Shown one piece after another: positions 57,072 through 64,000 of a stretch of DNA of 64,000 nt. The translations under genes and the position numbers were made by a program. The DNA is taken from the IMG/VR virus record IMGVR_UViG_3300010352_001202; one strand, 5' to 3'. The notes beneath the pieces are model-generated. The model saw only the letters and a list, made by a program, of their open reading frames with translations, had not been told where the DNA came from and did no database searches. This DNA is from a virus (taxonomy: Duplodnaviria; Caudoviricetes). Each line of letters opens with the position of its first letter. The stretch's first letter is position 1.

Positions 57072-57146
57072 GCGGGTGTGGTGCTAGTGGTAACACATAT
57101 CCTTGCCAAGGACAAGTTACGGGTTCGATTCCCGTCTCCCGCTCCA
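57072..57146 (+). tRNA. tRNA-Gly(GCC)
   Basis: Loop TTGCCAA, TCCA. Confidence 0.9.
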
Positions 57147-57200
57147 AAATTAAAGCCCTAGTGATAAATACTTCACTAGGGCTTTTCCTTGGAGTTTATT

Positions 57201-57620
57201 ATGAAGAAATTATTAGTTGCAGCATTTTTATCAATTGTATCAATGGCATCTTTCGCTACAGATATGACATTGCCAATCCGTGACATTGTAGACGGTGACA
57301 CAATCAGAACAGCAGTAAAGCTACCGTGTCCGCTATGTACTGTATCCGTTAGAATTCGCGGTATTGACACGCCCGAATCAACCTATCTAGCCAAGTGTCC
57401 TGCAGAGAAGGCAAAGGCATTGCAAGCAAAGGCATATATGATTACATTGGTTGGTAAACACACGACAATGGTTGCTAAGGATGTAAAATGGGATAAGTAT
57501 GGCGGCAGAATCGATGCAGTTGTTGAGGTCAACGGTGTTGATGTTGGTAAGGATATGATTGAAAAGGGTTTTGCTAAACCCTATAGCGGAGTAGGCAAAA
57601 AGCCGGATTGGTGTAATTGA
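57201..57620 (+). CDS. Secreted thermonuclease (SNase-like)
   Basis: VDGDTI, VRIRGIDTPE, DKYGGR. Confidence 0.88.
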   Translation: MKKLLVAAFLSIVSMASFATDMTLPIRDIVDGDTIRTAVKLPCPLCTVSVRIRGIDTPESTYLAKCPAEKAKALQAKAYMITLVGKHTTMVAKDVKWDKYGGRIDAVVEVNGVDVGKDMIEKGFAKPYSGVGKKPDWCN

Positions 57621-57665
57621 CCAGAGTTTAGTTTGTTGTTATAATAAAGACATAAATAAGTATAA

Positions 57666-57741
57666 GCCCTTTTAGCTCATTTGGCAGAGCAACGCACTTG
57701 TAATGCGTAGGTGGTCAGTTCGAATCCGACAAAGGGCACCA
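57666..57741 (+). tRNA. tRNA-Thr(TGT)
   Basis: ACGCA-CTTGTAA-TGCGT. Confidence 0.92.
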
Positions 57742-57759
57742 GATAATAATGAGAATAAC

Positions 57760-58011
57760 ATGGCCACACTTAAGATTAATGTTGATAGCACTTTTGATGT
57801 TGATGTAACGGTTCGTGAGAGCGATAAGTATTCTCAGCTTGCATTTGTTAAGTTTGAAAAGAATTTTCGTCCAGAACATATTCATGCATGCAATGAATTG
57901 TTTCTTACCCCGACACAACTCGAATTGTTAGGCCGATTCTTTATTAGGCAGGCAGATGCAATGCAAACAGCCCAGTCAATTCGTAAGAAGACTGAGATCT
58001 GTCAAGGCTAA
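57760..58011 (+). CDS. Hypothetical protein
   Basis: ORF downstream of tRNA. Confidence 0.55.
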   Translation: MATLKINVDSTFDVDVTVRESDKYSQLAFVKFEKNFRPEHIHACNELFLTPTQLELLGRFFIRQADAMQTAQSIRKKTEICQG

Positions 58012-58430
58012 TGATTTTTAGCTGCCTGCATTGCGGAAAGAAAAAGAAAGGATTTCCGTCTAGCCTCAATAAATATTGTACAAAGAATTGCCAGAGAGAA
58101 TTTGAGTATAATAAATATATTCAGGATTGGAAAAGTGGATTAGTCGACGGTTCTAAGGGTGTAAAGAATTTACAAACTTCGAATTATATTCAGCGTTATA
58201 TAAGAGAAAAATTTAAAGATACATGCGTTGAATGTGGTCAAAATAATATGCACAACGGAAAATTGCTATCGATGCAGTTAGAACATATTGATAGTGATAG
58301 TTCTAACAATTTAGAAAATAATCTATCATTACTTTGCCCGAATTGTCATACTCAGACCGAGTTTTATGGTTCTAAGAATAAAGGTAATGGAAGAGGATCG
58401 ATAAGAAAACAACGCGGGTATGGTATATAG
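58011..58430 (+). CDS. HNH endonuclease
   Basis: QLEHID...NN...NL.LLCPNCH. Confidence 0.9.
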   Translation: MIFSCLHCGKKKKGFPSSLNKYCTKNCQREFEYNKYIQDWKSGLVDGSKGVKNLQTSNYIQRYIREKFKDTCVECGQNNMHNGKLLSMQLEHIDSDSSNNLENNLSLLCPNCHTQTEFYGSKNKGNGRGSIRKQRGYGI

Positions 58431-58487
58431 GTTGTGCCCTAGCCTTCCAAGCTATAGAATCCGGTTCGAGTCCGGATACCCGCTCCA
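58414..58487 (+). tRNA. tRNA-Gly(TCC)
   Basis: TAGC-CTTCCAA-GCTA. Confidence 0.88.
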
Positions 58488-58743
58488 AATATGATTGTAT
58501 TTAAAATCTTCTGTGTCTTAGCAATTGCCTATATTCTGAGACATATATTCTTCCAGAAAGATTACACCGAAGTAGATGTTATTATGGAAGAATATAAAGA
58601 AATGCGAAATAAAAAAGATAAATAAAGTATGTTAAACTTATTGATCGGTATTGCACTTGGTGCAGCTTTTTCTCCCTTCTGGATTATGCTCTGGAATAAG
58701 GGTAAAGAGCTCATATCAAGCTCCACAAAAAAATAAAGAATTT

Positions 58744-58837
58744 GGGAGTATAGCTCAACGGTAGAGCGACAGGCTTATACCCTGTGTAAGCACTAGATAG
58801 GTGCACGATCTAGGTTCGAATCCTGGTACTCCTACCA
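58744..58837 (+). tRNA. tRNA with TAT anticodon (Ile) and long V arm
   Basis: ACAGG-CTTATAC-CCTGT; V arm GCAC/GTGC. Confidence 0.85.
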
Positions 58838-58852
58838 GAAGGAATAAAAGAT

Positions 58853-59155
58853 ATGTCATATAGAATAAAAATTACCACTACAAAGCCAAACGGAACACCT
58901 TGGTTTTATGAGAGTGGAACACCTAATGCTGCAACAATTCTGGCAGATATTATTACCTGGAATAAGGCGCAGCCTGGCTATGTTAGCGGCTTCGGCGTCC
59001 ATGTTGGCAATAATATTTACGAACACACCATTATCTTTGATTCAGCGTTAAACGGCGATGCATGGTTGCTTGCAAAGCAAACCGAGCCAAATAACATGAT
59101 TCGTGATGCCTATCTTGCCGGTTTACCAGTTCGACAAGATATCGTTATTACCTAA
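58853..59155 (+). CDS. Hypothetical protein
   Basis: ORF track. Confidence 0.6.
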   Translation: MSYRIKITTTKPNGTPWFYESGTPNAATILADIITWNKAQPGYVSGFGVHVGNNIYEHTIIFDSALNGDAWLLAKQTEPNNMIRDAYLAGLPVRQDIVIT

Positions 59156-59160
59156 TATTC

Positions 59161-59248
59161 GGAAGATTGGCAGAGCGGCCGATTGCGTTAGTCTTGAAAA
59201 CTAAAGGTCCGAAAGGGCCCGTGAGTTCGAATCTCACATCTTCCTCCA
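59161..59248 (+). tRNA. tRNA-Ser(TGA)
   Basis: Canonical class II. Confidence 0.93.
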
Positions 59249-59315
59249 TAATAAATAGCACCATTTGATCCTCTAACACATAAGTAGTATACTTTTGATA
59301 GTTAAGGAGTAACGA

Positions 59316-59603
59316 ATGACCGAATTCTCGTTTGATGAATGGGCTAAACTGTACGAAGCCAATCCTGCCGAATTTGAACGCAGAAGAGCAGAAGTGCTAG
59401 AACAGGAAATTCAAAAAGCGCCTGTGGCACATCGGAACAATCTTAGATTGCTCCAAATGCAGTGCAATGCAATGCATGAAACTATGTCTCCCATGGAAGC
59501 AACCGTTGAGATGTCAAAGATGATGACTGCAAAGCTCAACGAAATGAAGACTCCGTTAACCCAACTAAGAGCAATCTGCGAAGATATTGTTAATCCCGAA
59601 TGA
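59316..59603 (+). CDS. DUF3135-like protein
   Basis: SFDE...L....P.EFE..R...I..AP....L..LQ. Confidence 0.6.
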   Translation: MTEFSFDEWAKLYEANPAEFERRRAEVLEQEIQKAPVAHRNNLRLLQMQCNAMHETMSPMEATVEMSKMMTAKLNEMKTPLTQLRAICEDIVNPE

Positions 59604-60070
59604 TAACTCTTATTGCAGCCATCGGTCGCAATAATGAATTGGGACTAAATAATAAGATGTTGTGGAATATTCCAGAGGACATGAAACACTTCAAATCCTA
59701 TACCATGGGTAAAGTTATTATCATGGGAAGGAAAACATTTGCAAGTATTGGTTGCAAGGGTTTACCCGGTAGAAAGTGTATAGTTGTTTCCACGCAGGAT
59801 TTGCATGGTTCTGCTATTAGAGCTAGTACGATAGATGCAGCACTATCTATTGATTACTGTTACCCGGAAATTGTGGTAATAGGTGGCGAATCAGTCTATA
59901 GGCAAACAATCATTCATGCTGACAAACTTGTGATAACGCACATAGACGCAGAATTTGAAGCAGACACATTTTTCCCATATATTGATCCGGCGCAATGGGT
60001 GATAAATAGTACAATAAATGGGAGCAATGAAACTTATAACTATAAGTTTGTTGAATATGTGCGTAAATGA
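59600..60070 (+). CDS. folA: Dihydrofolate reductase
   Basis: LIAA, W.IPEDM.HFK, IMGRKTF, LPGR, VIGG, DTFFP. Confidence 0.93.
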   Translation: MITLIAAIGRNNELGLNNKMLWNIPEDMKHFKSYTMGKVIIMGRKTFASIGCKGLPGRKCIVVSTQDLHGSAIRASTIDAALSIDYCYPEIVVIGGESVYRQTIIHADKLVITHIDAEFEADTFFPYIDPAQWVINSTINGSNETYNYKFVEYVRK

Positions 60071-60297
60071 GGGCAGCAGAATTTCTAATAGAAAAACCAG
60101 TTGAATCAAGTTGGATTGTTGATCTAAGATTTAGCCGTCCGAGCAAGACATTGACAATGCGTTTGTCGAATGGTAGAGAATTTAGAATTCCTGGCATGAC
60201 AAGGACGACCTTTGAGAGATGGACAAATGCCCCTTCAAAGGGAAGATTCTTTCATACAAACATCAAAGACAGATATCAGGTAAATAGAATAAAGTGA
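60067..60297 (+). CDS. KTSC-domain protein
   Basis: VESSWI...NG..F...APSKGRFFH.NIK. Confidence 0.85.
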   Translation: MRAAEFLIEKPVESSWIVDLRFSRPSKTLTMRLSNGREFRIPGMTRTTFERWTNAPSKGRFFHTNIKDRYQVNRIK

Positions 60298-60465
60298 ACA
60301 TACGCCAGACTATAAAAGATACAAAGAAGGGTGTAAGGGAACTAAAGAAAACAAATCCACACCTTTTTCCAGAATATGTAGCAGTATTGCATGCAGAAGC
60401 AGATCTCAGATGTGCAAAGCAGAATTTACTTGATGCTAAAGCAAGATGGAAAAAGGTAGGTAATT

Positions 60466-60540
60466 AGGACATTATATCAGCGGTAGATTGCGATCGTGAC
60501 AAGATCGAGGTGAGAGGTTCAACTCCTCTATGTCCTACCA
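60466..60540 (+). tRNA. tRNA-Val(GAC)
   Basis: CGATC-GTGACAA-GATCG. Confidence 0.85.
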
Positions 60541-60581
60541 GTATTTCATGGAAAGCATCTGGGTCTTTGTATAAATACATT

Positions 60582-61223
60582 ATGTGGACCTGTAAACATT
60601 GTAATCTATTATTTTATTTGTCTAAGACAACCGAAAAAGCAAATCACTCACGATGGTGTACATCAAACCCCAAGAATATATTTTATAGAGAGCAGGTTGC
60701 CAACCATGCAAAAATAATGTCCGTATCTAATATAGGAAGAATTCGGACAGAAGAAACAAAAGATCGAATAAGCAAATCCCGCAGAGGAAAATATGTAGGT
60801 GATAAAAATCCATTTTATGGAAAAACTCATACCGAGGATAGTAGAAATAAAATAAGCAATGCAGGACTGAGTAGTAAACATCGTAGGTTGGTAAGATCTA
60901 TTAGAAAATATGTAAGAAAAGACGGGACTGAAATATTATTAGATTCGTCGTGGGAAGAGATACTTGCGCAAAGATTAGATGAACTGGACATAAAATGGAT
61001 AAGACCCGTTGATCCTATAGATTGGGTAGATAAGACAAACAAGAAAAGGCATTATTTTCCGGATTTTTATTTAGAAGAATATAATATCTATCTCGATCCA
61101 AAAAATACAGCAGCTATGTCAGCACAACGGGAAAAGGTGGAGTGGTTATTGCTGAATAGGAAAGATGTTTATTTTTTGAAAACTCTCAAAGAATGTAAAG
61201 ATTACACACCGGCGTTCGTATAA
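60582..61223 (+). CDS. Homing endonuclease (NUMOD3 + PD-(D/E)XK)
   Basis: NPFYGKTHTE; DSSWE...YFPDFYL...YLDPK. Confidence 0.85.
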   Translation: MWTCKHCNLLFYLSKTTEKANHSRWCTSNPKNIFYREQVANHAKIMSVSNIGRIRTEETKDRISKSRRGKYVGDKNPFYGKTHTEDSRNKISNAGLSSKHRRLVRSIRKYVRKDGTEILLDSSWEEILAQRLDELDIKWIRPVDPIDWVDKTNKKRHYFPDFYLEEYNIYLDPKNTAAMSAQREKVEWLLLNRKDVYFLKTLKECKDYTPAFV

Positions 61224-61283
61224 TGGAGAATACAGCTCTCTTCTAAAGAGCGAATAGGGGTTCGATTCCTCTACGCCGGACCA
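61209..61283 (+). tRNA. tRNA-Arg(TCT)
   Basis: GCTCT-CTTCTAA-AGAGC. Confidence 0.9.
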
Positions 61284-61534
61284 GAGGTACCATATAACAG
61301 AAAGACACATATGACAGATGAGGATCGTACTGTAGGACGGTTAAAGGGTCACAACATCCTTATAAAATTCAAGGATGGCGAAGAACTAACATTGCATGTC
61401 GATGACATAGATGATGAGGGACTCAATAGTGAATGGTTTCAAGATGTCGAACAATATCTAAATCGCAAGATAGAGTATTTCCCTACTGCTGGATTCTCTG
61501 TGGCACCCGATGTTATCAAATATGTTAGAAGAAT

Positions 61535-62017
61535 ATGACAACAATAACACTATTTTATAGTAATTCCCATCCATTTTCCAATTGGTACATGGCTTCGTTT
61601 ATTCATAACGGACATGAATTCAATTGCTCCGAACAATACATGATGTACAAGAAGGCTATGCTCTTCAAGGATTATGATGTTGCTGAAATGATTATGCAAC
61701 AAGGTCATCCGCGTAAGCAGAAGTTTCTCGGAAGACAAGTTCGTGGATTTGATCCGGAAAAGTGGAATGCAGAATGTAAAGACATTATGGTTCCCGGACT
61801 TGTATCTAAGTTTACACAAGATTCCTATTCTTTAACAACATTACTCGATACAGGTGATTCAATTATTGCCGAAGCAAGCCCAACTGATAAGATTTGGGGG
61901 ATTGGATTATCTGAGAATGATCCTAAAGCATTGGATCCTAAAAATTGGCAAGGCACAAACTGGCTTGGTGAAGTCCTAATGAGGACAAGAGATGAAATCC
62001 GTACCGGAAAATATTGA
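61535..62017 (+). CDS. NADAR (YbiA-like) protein
   Basis: FSNWY, SEQYMM..KA.LF, LGRQV, KFTQ, EASP.D.IWGIG, G.N.LG..LM. Confidence 0.92.
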   Translation: MTTITLFYSNSHPFSNWYMASFIHNGHEFNCSEQYMMYKKAMLFKDYDVAEMIMQQGHPRKQKFLGRQVRGFDPEKWNAECKDIMVPGLVSKFTQDSYSLTTLLDTGDSIIAEASPTDKIWGIGLSENDPKALDPKNWQGTNWLGEVLMRTRDEIRTGKY

Positions 62018-62139
62018 GCATAGAATACAGCTCAAGGAAGACGAAATAAGAAGATATAGGCTTGTCCTGGTTAACTATCCACTTGATAGGTTGAATAGAT
62101 CGGGCATACCATATCTGACACATTTACAAGATCAGCTAA

Positions 62140-62622
62140 ATGAACTCTACGAAGAACGAGCAAAACGAAAAGTTTAGAGAAAAGCTCGAGATGGGAATTA
62201 AGGCAGAAAATGTTGCCTATTCCTACATGATTAAGCACTATGGGTTTGTTGAAGATTTACGCCAACAGAAGCATGGTGAGTTTGCTGGTCCGCGATTAGT
62301 AGGTACAGAAGGCAGAGTTATATTGCCAGATTTCCTTGTATATACAAAGGAAAAAGGCGCATTTGCAGTCGATGTTAAAGCAAAGACATATCTGTATCCA
62401 TTTGAGGGTAAACAGTGTTTTACAGTTGATAATAAATTTGAAGAATATAAAAGAGCAGTTCAAATCAAGAGGTTGGATTACCTTGCATTAATTTTTTCTT
62501 ATAAGGATAGAATGTACTTCTATAAGGATACTGATTGCATTGGATCTCAATATCTCGATAATGAATACGGTTCTGGAATGGTATATTACTTTGAATTTGA
62601 TAAAAGACGATTGACATACTAA
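62140..62622 (+). CDS. PD-(D/E)XK nuclease-like protein
   Basis: LPDFLV...VDVKAK. Confidence 0.65.
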   Translation: MNSTKNEQNEKFREKLEMGIKAENVAYSYMIKHYGFVEDLRQQKHGEFAGPRLVGTEGRVILPDFLVYTKEKGAFAVDVKAKTYLYPFEGKQCFTVDNKFEEYKRAVQIKRLDYLALIFSYKDRMYFYKDTDCIGSQYLDNEYGSGMVYYFEFDKRRLTY

Positions 62623-62623
62623 C

Positions 62624-62932
62624 ATGAGCCACTGGAATTATAGAGTTTGTAAATCAACATACAAGGGTGACGGTTACGAAGAAGTCACCTACGAAATTCG
62701 CGAAGCATATTACAATGCTGACGGTAGCATCTGGGCTGTAACAGAAACAGCAAAAGGTGTATTTGGAGACAACATCCAAGAAATCAAGCAATGCCTTGAA
62801 TGGATGCAACTTGCGGTAAATAAAGAAGTAATCGATCTTGATACTCTTGTATTTGCCCCAATGGACAAAACAGACACAGGCATCGAAGAAGAATGGCTGG
62901 ATTCAGATAGTGATATTCTGCCGCCCTCGTAA
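62624..62932 (+). CDS. Hypothetical protein
   Basis: WNYRV...I.E.YY..DG phage motif. Confidence 0.7.
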   Translation: MSHWNYRVCKSTYKGDGYEEVTYEIREAYYNADGSIWAVTETAKGVFGDNIQEIKQCLEWMQLAVNKEVIDLDTLVFAPMDKTDTGIEEEWLDSDSDILPPS

Positions 62933-62969
62933 CGCGGTCACGAGAGTTTGATTCTCTCATCCAGCACCA
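62896..62969 (+). tRNA. tRNA-Thr(CGT), overlapping a CDS end
   Basis: GCTGGAT/ATCCAGC-ACCA, loop CTCGTAA. Confidence 0.75.
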
Positions 62970-62970
62970 A

Positions 62971-63045
62971 GTCCCTATAGTTCAATGGATAGAATAAGTA
63001 TTTCCGAAGTATTAGATTCAGGTTCGATTCCTGATAGGGGCTCCA
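62971..63045 (+). tRNA. tRNA-Arg(CCG)
   Basis: AGTAT-TTCCGAA-GTATT. Confidence 0.85.
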
Positions 63046-63066
63046 CCAATAATAAGAATAATAAGA

Positions 63067-63279
63067 ATGGCATCATATTTTAGGGAAGGAAGCAATTTTA
63101 GCTTCAATGGGATAAAAGGCACGATTGTAAAAATAACAGAAACATATAGAAAGAATGTGTTAGTTATTAAAGTTTCAGAGCTGCCGAAAAATAATCAATT
63201 TAAGGGTCGTAAAGTCGAAACCATTGGTATCTTTGAATATCCGGACGGGACACTCGAGTTTATGGCAGTGATTGATTGA
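63067..63279 (+). CDS. Hypothetical protein
   Basis: ORF track. Confidence 0.55.
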   Translation: MASYFREGSNFSFNGIKGTIVKITETYRKNVLVIKVSELPKNNQFKGRKVETIGIFEYPDGTLEFMAVID

Positions 63280-63354
63280 CATAAGATCACAATATCTGTA
63301 TATTTTAACCACTGTGATGATCAAGATAAGTAAATATCTCAAGGAGACATTACA

Positions 63355-63585
63355 ATGATTGAAATTTACGGTACAGAACAATGCACCTATTGCAAGCAGG
63401 CAGTCTTGCTATGCGAATCAAAAGCAATTCAGTACGAATACACTGATGTTCGTGCTGGGTCAAATTTACAGTTATTAGAAGAAAGAGTTGGAACAAAGGT
63501 AAAGACTGTGCCACAAATTTTCAAAGATGGACAGTATATACCCGAGGGATTTTTTGGTTTACAGAAGGAATTAGCAAAAAGCTAA
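63355..63585 (+). CDS. Glutaredoxin
   Basis: CTYC, TVPQIF. Confidence 0.9.
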   Translation: MIEIYGTEQCTYCKQAVLLCESKAIQYEYTDVRAGSNLQLLEERVGTKVKTVPQIFKDGQYIPEGFFGLQKELAKS

Positions 63586-63774
63586 TAAATGATATGATTA
63601 AGAGATCATCGTACGAAGACGGATATGACTACGAAGATGACGATTATGAGGAACACCGCGGACCTCGTAAGTTTAAGAAAGATGAACCTCCTCCGGAGAA
63701 AAGAAAGAAGTGGGATCGAGAAAGCCAGTACGATCGAGACCATGACTACGATGATCGACGATAAATAGTACACT

Positions 63775-63864
63775 GGAAGATAGCATGTCTGGGACATAAC
63801 GAGCCTCGAAAACTCGGCCCTTTGTGATGAGCAGGGGATGGTTCGATTCCATTATCTTCCTCCA
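63775..63864 (+). tRNA. tRNA-Ser(CGA)
   Basis: Loop CTCGAAA, long V arm, TCCA. Confidence 0.85.
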
Positions 63865-64000
63865 GGAAAATATGAAGTTAAGTGAAATTGATCTAATTGG
63901 TAAGCCTACTCCGAGTTTTAAGCAAATTCAACTTAAACATGGTGTTAGATTTAGAGACCTAATGGTTCAACTTTCAAAAGGTATCAAGATAGAAATGGAA

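Noticed and set aside
1-64000. Genome-wide stop-codon reassignment
   Set aside because: Many intact genes end in TGA, TAG or TAA and code-11 ORFs are long; the internal stops are isolated cases.

Overview
This window looks like part of a very large T4-like/jumbo phage genome. It is almost entirely + strand, uses the standard genetic code, and has recurrent (G/T)ATAAATA late-promoter-like motifs plus sigma70 promoters; the host is possibly a proteobacterium. After three virion/fibre genes (1-2231) comes a ~60 kb RNA-rich region with about 55 tRNA genes, many atypical tRNA-like RNAs, a permuted two-piece tmRNA, minimal RNase P RNA-like genes, several unexplained 250-500 nt structured RNAs and about 15 freestanding homing endonucleases. 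It also encodes a translation-rescue set (release factor with an internal UGA, Pth2, RNA ligase, NADAR), an 11 kb cluster of paired radical SAM / PP-loop / GNAT / oxygenase enzymes, holin-like and spanin-like genes. The most striking unexplained system is a dispersed family of 14 RNAs. They share a closing stem plus an (A/U/C)CAGCAA motif, carry anticodon-loop mimics or circularly permuted tRNA domains, and cluster around a Ro60/TROVE-like DUF2828 gene and an RNA ligase. A leader-peptide attenuator containing all 20 amino acids precedes the tRNA array. All calls were made by eye; no searches or folding programs were run.
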